Below, piece after piece: positions 17,292 through 26,140 of a DNA stretch of 28,261 nucleotides. Every line of letters starts with the position of its first letter. Within the stretch, counting starts at the first letter, position 1. The position numbers were made by a program, and so were the translations under genes. The notes beneath the pieces were generated by a model. The model searched no databases. It had not been told where the DNA came from and saw nothing but the letters and a program-made list of their open reading frames with translations. Origin of the DNA: Myxococcota bacterium (GTDB lineage Bacteria > Myxococcota_A > UBA9160 > UBA4427); the NCBI GenBank assembly GCA_036336835.1, contig JAYZFK010000053.1:1-28261 (forward strand), in the 5' to 3' direction.

Positions 17292-18125
17292 ATGCGCGAC
17301 TTCGCTGGCCGAGTTGCGGTCGTCACCGGCGGCGCGTCGGGTCTCGGTGCCGCCATGGCACGCGCCTTTGCGGCCGAGGCCATGCGCGTCGTCGTCGCGG
17401 ACATCGACGCCGAGGGAGCCGCGGAGGTCGCGAGCCGGCTCGCAGCCGAAGGAGCCCGCGCGGCGGCCTCGCAGGTGGACGTCGGCGATGCGGGGTCGCT
17501 CGACGCGCTCGCCGCGTTTGCACAGCGGTCCTTCGGCGGCTGCGATCTGATCGCCGCCAATGTCGGCGTGCAGCGCATCGCGCGCTTCGACGCCATGACG
17601 CGCGACGAGTTCGCCTGGCTGATCCGGACCAACGTGGTCGGGACGGCCGACACGGTGCGCGCCTTCCTGCCGCTGCTGCGCGCCAGCGACGACGCACACG
17701 TCCTGTTGACCGGCTCGATCAACTCGCTGGTCAGCGTGCAGGGTCTGGTCGGCTATGCGACCAGCAAGATGGCGGTGCTCGGACTGGCCGAGGGACTGCG
17801 GCTCGAGCTGGGCGAGGAGGGGATCGCGGTGACGGCGCTGCTGCCCGGCGGCATGGCGACGACCCACATCCAGAGCAGCGATCGCGCGCGTCCGGCACAC
17901 CTGGGCGCGCCGTCGGAGATCGACCGCGAAACCATCGCGAAGCTCGCGCGCGTGATCTCACCCACGCCGGAGTCGGTCGTCGAGCCGGCCCATGCCATCC
18001 GCGATCTGATCCCAGCGCTGCGCGAGGAGCGAGCCTACCTGGTGACGCACGGCCCGGTTCCGGCCGAGTTCGAGCAGAAGATCGCCGCGCTCCGGGACGC
18101 CGTGCGCCGCGCCGAGCAAGGCTGA
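17292..18125 (+). CDS. SDR oxidoreductase
   Basis: VTGGASGLG, ANVGV, YATSK, LLPGGMAT. Confidence 0.92.
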   Translation: MRDFAGRVAVVTGGASGLGAAMARAFAAEAMRVVVADIDAEGAAEVASRLAAEGARAAASQVDVGDAGSLDALAAFAQRSFGGCDLIAANVGVQRIARFDAMTRDEFAWLIRTNVVGTADTVRAFLPLLRASDDAHVLLTGSINSLVSVQGLVGYATSKMAVLGLAEGLRLELGEEGIAVTALLPGGMATTHIQSSDRARPAHLGAPSEIDRETIAKLARVISPTPESVVEPAHAIRDLIPALREERAYLVTHGPVPAEFEQKIAALRDAVRRAEQG

Positions 18126-18138
18126 GCGCGCCAGCCCG

Positions 18139-19374
18139 TCAGACGAGGACCTCGTCCGCCTCGAGCGAGGCGATCTCGTCCTCGGAGAGCCCGAGCACGT
18201 CGCGCAGCACCCAGCTGGTGTGCGCGCCGAGCACGGGACCGGGGGTTGCGTAGTCGGGCGGCGAGTCCGAGAGCCGAAAACCCGCGTGCTCGAGCTGGAG
18301 TGGTCCGAGTGCCGGGTGCTCGCGGAGCTGGAAGTGTCGGCGGGCCGCCAGCTGCGGGTCGTGCTGGAGCGCTTCGAAATCCTGTACGGCGCCGGCCGGC
18401 ACGCCGGCTGCCTGCAGCGTTTCCATCAAAGCGTGCGGCTCGAACCCGCTCGTCCACGCGCCGAGCTGCTGCTCGAGCTCGTCTTCGTTCGCCTTGCGGC
18501 CCTCGATGGACCCGAACTTCGGGTCCGAACACCAGTCGGGATCTCCCATCGCCCGGCGCAACGCCGCCCACTCGGCTTCGTTGCCGCACGCGATCGCGAT
18601 CCAGCGGTCCTGGCCCGCGCAGGGGAAGGCGCCGTGCGGCGCGGCGTGGGGGTTGCGGTTGCCGTCGCGCGTCACCACCTCGCCGTTGGCGAAGTAGCGC
18701 AACATCACGTCCGAGGTGCTGTAGACGGCCGTCTCCACCTGGGCCAGGTCGATGTACTGCCCGCGGCCGGTTCGCTCGCGCTCGATCAGTGCGCCGACGA
18801 TCGCGAGCGCGACGTAGCGGGGCGCCAGCGAGTCGGTGATCGTGCCCGAGGGCCCGGTCGATGCGCGGTCCGGCCAGCCCGTGAGGTGGTTGAAGCCCGA
18901 GAGCGCCGAGCCCTGGGCGCCGAAGCCGGGGTAGCCCCGATGCGGTCCGGTCTGTCCGAACAGGCAGCCGCTCGCCATCACCAGACGAGGGTTGATCTCG
19001 CGCAGCGCGGGCCAGCTCATGCCGAAGCGTTCCATCGGCCCCGGTGCGAAGTTCTCGCACAGCACGTCTGCCCACTCGACCAGCCGCTTCGCCACGGCGA
19101 CGCCGCGCGGCTGCTTCAAGTCGAACGCAACCGAGTGCTTGCCCGGGTTCAGCATCGCGAACATCGGAGAGCCTTCGAGCCCGTGTTTCGAGTCCGGCGT
19201 GAGCCACAAGACGCGCAGGAAGTCGGGCCGCTTCGACGATTCGATCCGGATGACCGTCGCGCCCTGCTCGGCGAGGTAGCGCGTGGCCACCGGGCCCGCC
19301 GCTCCCGAGCCCATCTCGATCACCTTGAGCCCCGAGAACACGCCCGGTGCGAGATCGATGCTAGGCGTCTGCAT
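18139..19374 (-). CDS. Class III CoA-transferase (CaiB/BaiF), catalytic BbsF-like subunit
   Basis: AAGPVATRYLAEQGATVIRIES, ADVLCENFAPG, GTITDSLA (conserved Asp), GRGQYIDLAQ, PVLGAHT. ATG 19374 lies inside the end of the upstream gene, with AAGGAG upstream. Confidence 0.92.
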   Translation of the reverse strand: MQTPSIDLAPGVFSGLKVIEMGSGAAGPVATRYLAEQGATVIRIESSKRPDFLRVLWLTPDSKHGLEGSPMFAMLNPGKHSVAFDLKQPRGVAVAKRLVEWADVLCENFAPGPMERFGMSWPALREINPRLVMASGCLFGQTGPHRGYPGFGAQGSALSGFNHLTGWPDRASTGPSGTITDSLAPRYVALAIVGALIERERTGRGQYIDLAQVETAVYSTSDVMLRYFANGEVVTRDGNRNPHAAPHGAFPCAGQDRWIAIACGNEAEWAALRRAMGDPDWCSDPKFGSIEGRKANEDELEQQLGAWTSGFEPHALMETLQAAGVPAGAVQDFEALQHDPQLAARRHFQLREHPALGPLQLEHAGFRLSDSPPDYATPGPVLGAHTSWVLRDVLGLSEDEIASLEADEVLV

Positions 19375-20596
19375 CGCGAACCACTCCTTCCCGGCGCAGC
19401 GATGCGAGCCGCTCGGCGGCGACCCCGAGCTCGCCGTAGACCTCGCCGTCGTGCTCGCCGATGCGCGGTGCGCGCCGCCGGATGCCGATGCCGTCCTCGC
19501 TGGCGTGTGCGAAGCCGCGGGGATGCTCGAGCGCGAGGTCGAGCCAGTCGTACTCGACCGTCGTGAAGAAGTCGCGCGAGCGCAGCTGCACGTGCTCAGC
19601 GATCTCCCGCGCGTCGTTGCACGGTGCCAGGAAGAAGCGGCGCTCGACGGCGTTGGCGTACAGCTCGCGCATGCTGCGCTTCTCGAAGAAGGCGCCGAAG
19701 GCCTCCTCGAAGGGCCGGAAGCCCTCGCGGTCGAGCAGGTTGTGGTTGTAGCGGCTCCAGTCGTAGTCGCGCAGCCAGTCCGGCGCTTCGCCGCACTCGA
19801 CCATCCATTTCGTGAGGGCGACCAGGTTCGGAATTCGCGACGCGCCACCGCGCAGGCCGTAGCTCACGTAGCCGTCGGCCGTCTTCCAGATCTCCCTCGA
19901 CAGCCCCATGCGATCGCCGGGACGACGGCGTTCGGCGTTGCGGCTCGGGTCGAGCGCGTACTGCGCGGGGCCGGACAAGCTCGTCTGGAGCTGGGTCTCC
20001 TGGAGCGACACGTCGACCAGCTGCCCGCGGCCCGTGGAGAGGCGGGCGAACAGGGCCATCGCGACACCGAGCGCGGCCTCGGGCCCACCGTGGTAGTAGG
20101 CGGTCGGCATGCTGCAGGCGATCGGGGCGCGGTCGTGCCAGCCGGTCACCTGCTGGTTGCCGCCCATCGCGACGCAGACCAGGTCGCCCCCGCGATACGT
20201 TGCGTAGGGCCCCGTCCGACCGAAGGGTGTGATCGAGCACCAGACGAGTCGCGGATGCGCAGCGTGCAGCGACTCCCAGCCGATGCCGCGTTCGTCGAGC
20301 TCGCCGGGCCGGGACGTCTCGAGGACCACGTCGGCGCCGGCGACCAGCTCGCCGAACAGCTCTGCGCCCCGCGCGTGGCCGAGGTCGAGCGTGATCCCGC
20401 GCTTGCTCGTGTTCATCGCGAGCCACAGCAGGCTGCGTTCGGGGTCTTCGATCTCGCCGAGATAGGGTGCGCGGCGGGCCGGGTCGCCGGCCGGCGGCTC
20501 GAGCTTGATCACGTCGGCACCCATGTCGCCGAGCGCCTTGCCCGCCAGGAAGCCCGACTCGTCGGTCAGATCGAGAATGCGAATTCCCTGCAGCAT
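19361..20596 (-). CDS. Class III CoA-transferase (CaiB/BaiF), BbsE-like subunit apparently lacking the catalytic Asp
   Basis: RILDLTDESGFLAGKALGDMGADVIKLEPP.GDP.R, SITPFGRTGPY, TGRGQLVDVS, APRIGEH. The segment equivalent to the catalytic Asp reads PTAYYHGG. Confidence 0.9.
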   Translation of the reverse strand: MLQGIRILDLTDESGFLAGKALGDMGADVIKLEPPAGDPARRAPYLGEIEDPERSLLWLAMNTSKRGITLDLGHARGAELFGELVAGADVVLETSRPGELDERGIGWESLHAAHPRLVWCSITPFGRTGPYATYRGGDLVCVAMGGNQQVTGWHDRAPIACSMPTAYYHGGPEAALGVAMALFARLSTGRGQLVDVSLQETQLQTSLSGPAQYALDPSRNAERRRPGDRMGLSREIWKTADGYVSYGLRGGASRIPNLVALTKWMVECGEAPDWLRDYDWSRYNHNLLDREGFRPFEEAFGAFFEKRSMRELYANAVERRFFLAPCNDAREIAEHVQLRSRDFFTTVEYDWLDLALEHPRGFAHASEDGIGIRRRAPRIGEHDGEVYGELGVAAERLASLRREGVVRDADA

Positions 20597-20606
20597 GCAG
20601 CGGCTC

Positions 20607-21491
20607 CTACGCCTCCGGCGCCGGGGCGCCCGTGCGTTGCAGCAGAACCAGGTGGACCTCCGGGTTCGGCAGCAGTCCGTCGGTGCGGTCCGCAAAATAG
20701 CGATTGCGGTGGCTCTCGGGGGACAGGTCCAGGGTCCGCTCGAAGCCGAGCCGGCGCGCGGTGGCGGCGACGCTGGCGGGGGCGAGCTTGAGGCCGCGGA
20801 CCTCGCCCATCGCGGCCACCCCTGCGTCGACTGCGCGGCCGAGCTCCCGGTCCCCCTCGGCCACGAACTCAGGCGGGACGGGGTGGTCGAACAGGATGCG
20901 GCTGCCGGCCACGCTCGCCCGGGCCACGTCGCCGAGTGTCGCCTCGAAGGCGGCCCTCGTCAGATAGCAGACGACGCCCATCCAGGAGAAGAAGACCGTG
21001 GCGCGCGGATCGAACGAAGTCCGGGCGAGCGCGCCGGCCAGGCCCGTTCGTTCGAAGTCGACCGCAGCGAGCTCGACGCCCGGGGGTATTGCGAGGCCGA
21101 GCTCGGCGAGCCGCTGGCGCTTGTAGCCCTGGGTCGCCGGGTGGTCGAGCTCGATCACGCGCAGCTGCTTCGCGAGGTCGGGTCGGCGCCAGGCGAAGCT
21201 GTCGAGGCCGGCGCCCAGCTGCACGTACTGCCCGATGCCGTCGGCCACTGCCGCCTCGACCTGATCGTCGAGCAAGCGCGCGCGGCCGACCAGCCCGGCC
21301 TGGATTCGCAGCAGTCCGAGCTCCTCGATCATCGGGGCCATGGCACCGGCGTCGAGCCGCTCGCGCCACTCGGGGCTGGTGAGCTGCGCTGCCAACGGAT
21401 CGTCGAACACGATCGGCTGGTGGTCGAGCCGGTGCGCGGCGCGGAACGCCGCGGCCGCGAGCGCAGTCTCGCTGGGCTGGTCGTCGATCAC
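20607..21491 (-). CDS. Class I SAM-dependent methyltransferase (LCM/YktD-like)
   Basis: SETALAAAAFRAAH, DDPLA, QYVQLGAGLDS, ELDHPATQ..K, WMGVVCYL. Confidence 0.9.
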   Translation of the reverse strand: MIDDQPSETALAAAAFRAAHRLDHQPIVFDDPLAAQLTSPEWRERLDAGAMAPMIEELGLLRIQAGLVGRARLLDDQVEAAVADGIGQYVQLGAGLDSFAWRRPDLAKQLRVIELDHPATQGYKRQRLAELGLAIPPGVELAAVDFERTGLAGALARTSFDPRATVFFSWMGVVCYLTRAAFEATLGDVARASVAGSRILFDHPVPPEFVAEGDRELGRAVDAGVAAMGEVRGLKLAPASVAATARRLGFERTLDLSPESHRNRYFADRTDGLLPNPEVHLVLLQRTGAPAPEA

Positions 21492-21497
21492 GCGGGC

Positions 21498-21503
21498 AGT
21501 ATA
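21498..21503 (-). promoter_or_regulatory. -10 box (TATACT) of a probable leaderless promoter
   Basis: The minus strand reads TATACT-gcccgc-GTG: a 6-nt spacer to the start codon with no SD in between. Confidence 0.55.
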
Positions 21504-21539
21504 GGCTCCCGCGCAGTCGTGCTGACGCTGGGCGGCGGG

Positions 21540-22892
21540 TCAGACGACGCCGTAGGCGAGCATGGCGTCCGCGACCTTGATGAAGGCCGCGATGTTGGCG
21601 CCCTTGACGTAGTCGATGTGATCGGTGCCGGCGATACCGCCCTGCTCCGCGCACTTGTCGTGGATTCCCGACATGATGTCGCGCAGCAGCTTCTGGAGCT
21701 CGTCTTCCTTCCACGTGATGCGCGCCGAGTTCTGGCTCATCTCGAGGCCCGAGACCGCGACGCCGCCGGCATTGGCGGCCTTGCTGGGCCCGAACAGGAT
21801 GCGCGCCTGCGTAAAGGCGTGGATCCCTTCCTGCTCGGTGGGCATGTTGGCGCCCTCCGAGACGCCCTTCACGCCGTTCTGGATCAGGGTCTTCGCTTCC
21901 TCGGTCGAGATCTCGTTCTGGGTCGCACAGGGGAAGGCGAGGTCGGCGGGGATCTGCCAGGGACGCCCCTCGTGGTGCTCGCAGCCGAACTCACTCGCGT
22001 ACTCCGTCAGACGGCCGCGCTGTTCGTTCTTGAGCTGCTTGACGAACGCGAGCTTGTCGCGGTCGATCCCTTTCGGGTCGTGAATGAAGCCGCCGGAGTC
22101 CGACAGGGTCACCGGGCGGCCGCCGAGATCGATCAGCTTCTCGACCGCGTACTGCGCGACGTTGCCCGAGCCGGAGACCAGACACGTCTTGCCTTCGACG
22201 GAATCACCGGCGTGGTTCAACATCGATTCCATGAAGTAGACGGTGCCGTAGCCCGTTGCCTCCACGCGGATCGGGCTGCCGCCGAACTCCATGCCCTTGC
22301 CGGTCAGCACACCGACGAAGCGGTTCGTCAGGCGCTTGTACTGGCCGAACAGGTACCCGATCTCGCGCGCCCCGACGCCGATGTCGCCGGCCGGGACGTC
22401 GATGTCCTCGCCCACGTGCCGGTACAGCTCCGACATGAAGCTCTGACAGAAGCGCATCACCTCGTGATCGGACTTGCCCTTCGGATTGAAGTTGGATCCG
22501 CCCTTGCCGCCCCCCATGGGCAATCCGGTGAGGCTGTTCTTGAACGTCTGCTCGAACGCCAGAAACTTGAGGATGCTCTGGTTGACGGAGGGGTGGAAGC
22601 GCAGCCCGCCCTTGTACGGCCCGATGGAATTGTTGTTCTGCACGCGCCACCCGCGCTGGACGCGGATGTTGCTGTTGTCGTCCTCCCAGCAGACGCGAAA
22701 GCTGACGACGCGATCCGGCTCGGCGATCCGGCGCAGGATCTGATAGTGGTGGTAGATCTCCTTGTCTGCGATGTACTCGAAGACGTTGCTGGCGACCTCG
22801 TAGACCGACTGCTGGAACTCGGTCTCCCCCGGGTTGCGGCGCTTCACACCGTCCATGAACTGCTCGAGGTTCACGTGATCGGAAACGGCCAT
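21540..22892 (-). CDS. gdhA: NADP-specific glutamate dehydrogenase
   Basis: GPYKGGLRFHPSVN, LPMGGGKGG, DVPAGDIGVG, EATGYG, SGSGNVA, KAANAGGVAVSGLEMSQN. GGGAGGA RBS. Confidence 0.97.
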   Translation of the reverse strand: MAVSDHVNLEQFMDGVKRRNPGETEFQQSVYEVASNVFEYIADKEIYHHYQILRRIAEPDRVVSFRVCWEDDNSNIRVQRGWRVQNNNSIGPYKGGLRFHPSVNQSILKFLAFEQTFKNSLTGLPMGGGKGGSNFNPKGKSDHEVMRFCQSFMSELYRHVGEDIDVPAGDIGVGAREIGYLFGQYKRLTNRFVGVLTGKGMEFGGSPIRVEATGYGTVYFMESMLNHAGDSVEGKTCLVSGSGNVAQYAVEKLIDLGGRPVTLSDSGGFIHDPKGIDRDKLAFVKQLKNEQRGRLTEYASEFGCEHHEGRPWQIPADLAFPCATQNEISTEEAKTLIQNGVKGVSEGANMPTEQEGIHAFTQARILFGPSKAANAGGVAVSGLEMSQNSARITWKEDELQKLLRDIMSGIHDKCAEQGGIAGTDHIDYVKGANIAAFIKVADAMLAYGVV

Positions 22893-23101
22893 GGATAGTC
22901 CTCCCTGGCCCCAGGGGAGCGGGGCCGCGTGGCGATGAGTTGCCGGGCGCGCTGGCGGACTCTAGCCGCTGCGACCATCCAGCTCCCGCGGTTGTACTCG
23001 ATCGCGCCGCTTGTCGCGCCGGTCGATTCCCGCGAGAATGCGCGGCTCACCGAGCGCCCGGGCCCGATCGTCTCCCCGATCCGAGCGCAGCTGGAGGCCC
23101 C

Positions 23102-23629
23102 ATGCCCCAATCTCTCGAATCCGATGCCATGGTCCGCGAGCTCTACGCGCGCGAACGGATCCGCCAGGTCAAGTGGAGGAACCTGCGCTGCCTCGACACC
23201 AAGCGGTGGGACGAGATGGCGGCGACCTTTCACCCCGAGTGCACGACCAGCTGGCTCGACGGGCAGATTGCGCTCGAGGGGCGCGATGTGATCATGGAGT
23301 TCCTGAAGAAGACGCCGTTCGCGAAGGAGACCAACCCGGTGGTGACGGTGCACGCGGCCGAGTGCATCGAGATCGATTTCTTGACGCTCGAGCACGCGCG
23401 GGCGGTCTCGCGCCTGTACAACCCGATGTGGAATCCGGATCTCGATCTTTCGCAACGGCTGCTCGCCTTCTACCACGACGAGTTCAAGCTGTACCAAGGC
23501 GAGTGGCTGATCTCGCACACCGGGCACGAGTACATCCTGGACGAGACGTTTCGCTGGGAGGACATCGCCAGCCACCAGACCCAGTACAAGCACCCGTACG
23601 ACGGGCGCCGCGGGGAGGAGCACCGTTGA
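23102..23629 (+). CDS. NTF2/SnoaL-like protein (bile-acid 7-alpha-dehydratase BaiE-like fold)
   Basis: GGAGG RBS before ATG 23102. Motifs ERIRQVK.R.LRCLDTKRWDEM, TVH and AFYHDEF...GEWLISHTG. Confidence 0.8.
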   Translation: MPQSLESDAMVRELYARERIRQVKWRNLRCLDTKRWDEMAATFHPECTTSWLDGQIALEGRDVIMEFLKKTPFAKETNPVVTVHAAECIEIDFLTLEHARAVSRLYNPMWNPDLDLSQRLLAFYHDEFKLYQGEWLISHTGHEYILDETFRWEDIASHQTQYKHPYDGRRGEEHR

Positions 23630-24423
23630 GGAAGCTGACCGACAAGGTCGCAGTCGTGACGGGCGCCGGCAGTGGCATCGGCCGCGGCATTGCGCGCGCC
23701 CTGGCTCGCGCCGGCATGAAGATCGTCGCGGCGGACGTGGAGGCGGAAACAGCCGAGACGTGTGCCGAGGCGCTGCGCGGGGCGGGTGCCGCGGCGCTCG
23801 GCGTGCGGACGGACGTCTCGTCGCGAGAGCAGCTCTCGGCGCTGCGCGATGCCGCGCTGAGCGAGTTCGGAGCCGTCCACGTGGTGTGCAACAACGCGGG
23901 TATCTACATCGGCGGGGGCGCGCTCGAGATCGCGGAGAGCGACTGGCAGTGGACGCTCGCTGTCAACCTGATGGGCGTCGTGAACGGCAGCCAGGTGTTC
24001 GCGCCGCTGCTGGTCCAGCAGGGCGAGGGGCACATCGTGAACACCGCCTCGGTCGGCGGCTGGCTCTCCGGGCCGGAGATGAGCGCCTACTGCGGCTCCA
24101 AGTTTGCGGTGATGGGATTCACCGAAGCCCTGCGCTCCGAGCTCGCCGAGACAGGGGTCTCGGTTTCGACGCTGTGCCCGGGGCCGATCGACACCAATCT
24201 CGACCAGTCCGACCGTCTGCGGCCGGACGACGTCGGTCCGGGCAAGGCGCGTTCGGCTGGGCTGCGCGCGATGATCGACGGCGGAATGGAGCCCGACGAA
24301 GTGGGCGAGATCGTGAGGCTGGGGATCGAGCAGGATCGCGAGTACATCTTCACCCACGTCGAGTTCCGCGAGATTCTGGCCGCGAAGTTCGAGCGCGCGC
24401 TGGCGGCTTTCGACGCTCTCTGA
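23626..24423 (+). CDS. SDR oxidoreductase
   Basis: TTG start overlapping the upstream stop (TTGA), GAGGAG RBS. Motifs VTGAGSGIG, CNNAG, NTAS, YCGSK and LCPGPIDT. Confidence 0.92.
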   Translation: MRKLTDKVAVVTGAGSGIGRGIARALARAGMKIVAADVEAETAETCAEALRGAGAAALGVRTDVSSREQLSALRDAALSEFGAVHVVCNNAGIYIGGGALEIAESDWQWTLAVNLMGVVNGSQVFAPLLVQQGEGHIVNTASVGGWLSGPEMSAYCGSKFAVMGFTEALRSELAETGVSVSTLCPGPIDTNLDQSDRLRPDDVGPGKARSAGLRAMIDGGMEPDEVGEIVRLGIEQDREYIFTHVEFREILAAKFERALAAFDAL

Positions 24424-24468
24424 ACTGAGCGGACGCGCAGCGGGTCCAGTGTCTAGAATGGCCGGCCC

Positions 24469-25854
24469 ATGGCCGTCTCCAGCGTCTCCGGCGCCTCCGG
24501 CGCATCGACCCCCGTCGGGATCCCGACCGTCGCGTGGTTCTCGCTCCCGGTCGTCGGCATCAACTTCTCGCTGGTTCTCACGATCGCCTACATCGCCAAG
24601 TACTCGGTCGACGTCCTGCTCGTCGCGCCCGCCGCCATCGGCCTGATCTTCGGTCTCTCGCGAGTCTGGGATGCCGTCACCGATCCGCTGATCGGCTTTC
24701 TGAGCGACAAGACCCGGCATCGCTGGGGTCGCAGGCGACCCTGGATGCTGGGCTCGGCCATTCCCGTCGCCATCTGTGGTCTGCTGCTCTGGTCGCCGCC
24801 CGGGTTCGTGAGCCAGGACGTCATGGCGCTCTGGGTCGGTGTCATGCTGTTCGCCTACATGACCGCCATGACGGCGTTCCTGGTACCTCACTACGCGCTC
24901 GGCGCCGAGCTCAGCGAGCTCGTCCACGACCGGACGCGCATCTTCGCGGGCCGGCAGATCGGCTCGATCGCGGGCTCCGCGCTCGCCCTGATCCTCGGGA
25001 TCCACCTGCTCACCAACCTCGATGATCCGCGCAACACCGCCTTCTGGCTGATGGTCGCCGCCGGGGCGATCACCGTTCTCACGGTCGCGATTGCGGTGGC
25101 CCGCCTGTCCGAGCGCGCGGACTTCCAGGGACGCACCAAGGCGAACCCCTTCAGCTCGTTTGGGGACGTCTGGCGCAACCCCCACGGCAAGCGGCTGATC
25201 TTCCTCTACCTCACCGAGAGCATTGGCTCGGGCGCGAGTGCGGTGCTCTCGCCCTTTCTGATGCACTACGTCGTCGGCATGCCGGAGATGACGGCGATCA
25301 TCTTCATCCCCTATCTCGTTTCGCAGCTGCTCACGGTCTTCCTGTGGACCGAGATGGCGCGCCGCGTTGGCAAGCGCGCGACCTGGCTCACCGGCATGGC
25401 GGTTGCGGTCGCCGGCTACACGACGATCTTCTTCGTCGGCTATCACGACCTCTACCTGATGTTCCTGGTCGTCACCCTGACCGGCGCCGCCGCGTCGTGT
25501 GGACAGGTGATCGGTCCCTCGATCCAGGCGGACGTAATCGACTACGACGAGTACACGACCGGCGAGCGCAAGGAGGGCGCCTACTTCTCGGTCTTCACCT
25601 TCCTGATGAAGAGCTCGAGCGGCGTGATGATCATCGTCACGGGCTTCGCCCTGAGCCTGGTCGGCTACGAGCCCAACGCCGAGCAGACCGAGCTGGTCAA
25701 GTTCACCATGAGCGCGCTGATGAGCTGGGTGGCGACGGGCTGCTTCCTCGTCGCCATCTGGATCTTCTACCGCTTCGAGCTCACCGAGCAGGAGCACGCG
25801 CGGATCCGCGCGGCGCTCGACGCCCGGGCGCAGCAGGACCCGACCGCTCGCTGA
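24469..25854 (+). CDS. MFS transporter, glycoside-pentoside-hexuronide (MelB-like) family
   Basis: RVWDAVTDPLIGFLSDKT..RWGRRRPW, ADVIDYDEY.TGERKEGAYF, and many hydrophobic segments. Confidence 0.93.
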   Translation: MAVSSVSGASGASTPVGIPTVAWFSLPVVGINFSLVLTIAYIAKYSVDVLLVAPAAIGLIFGLSRVWDAVTDPLIGFLSDKTRHRWGRRRPWMLGSAIPVAICGLLLWSPPGFVSQDVMALWVGVMLFAYMTAMTAFLVPHYALGAELSELVHDRTRIFAGRQIGSIAGSALALILGIHLLTNLDDPRNTAFWLMVAAGAITVLTVAIAVARLSERADFQGRTKANPFSSFGDVWRNPHGKRLIFLYLTESIGSGASAVLSPFLMHYVVGMPEMTAIIFIPYLVSQLLTVFLWTEMARRVGKRATWLTGMAVAVAGYTTIFFVGYHDLYLMFLVVTLTGAAASCGQVIGPSIQADVIDYDEYTTGERKEGAYFSVFTFLMKSSSGVMIIVTGFALSLVGYEPNAEQTELVKFTMSALMSWVATGCFLVAIWIFYRFELTEQEHARIRAALDARAQQDPTAR

Positions 25855-26140
25855 TCCGGGCCGCGGGCCGGATCTGCCACGGCCGCAGGTCCCGCCGTCG
25901 CGGCGTCCGGGCGCCGTTTCAGTTCCTCAACGATTTCGACCAGTTCCATCCAGCAAGCCGCCCCTGCCTGTGTCGCGCAGCGGCCGGGCCAGTTTGATCG
26001 CCATTTCGTCCGCGCTCGAACCACTTGCCACTGGAGGCGGCCGCGCGGCGTTCCGTGCCACGCACGATCGCTCTGCGCGCTGGGTTCGGTCGCAGCGTCC
26101 GCCCTCTGGTGCCCGAAACCTGTGGATGGAGGTCTTCCGG

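Noticed and set aside
20505..22898. 797-aa plus-strand ORF antisense to gdhA and the methyltransferase
   Set aside because: Shadow ORF caused by GC-rich codon bias. It has no recognisable motifs, and the opposite strand holds clear genes.
25853..25874. GATCCGG...CCGGATC hairpin after the MFS gene as an intrinsic terminator
   Set aside because: Short stem and no U-tract, so it cannot be distinguished from chance in GC-rich DNA.
25855..26140. Sigma-54 promoter or enhancer expected upstream of PEP-CTERM genes
   Set aside because: The only TGGCAC is on the wrong strand and lacks a correctly spaced TTGC. No convincing -24/-12 site is present on the plus strand.
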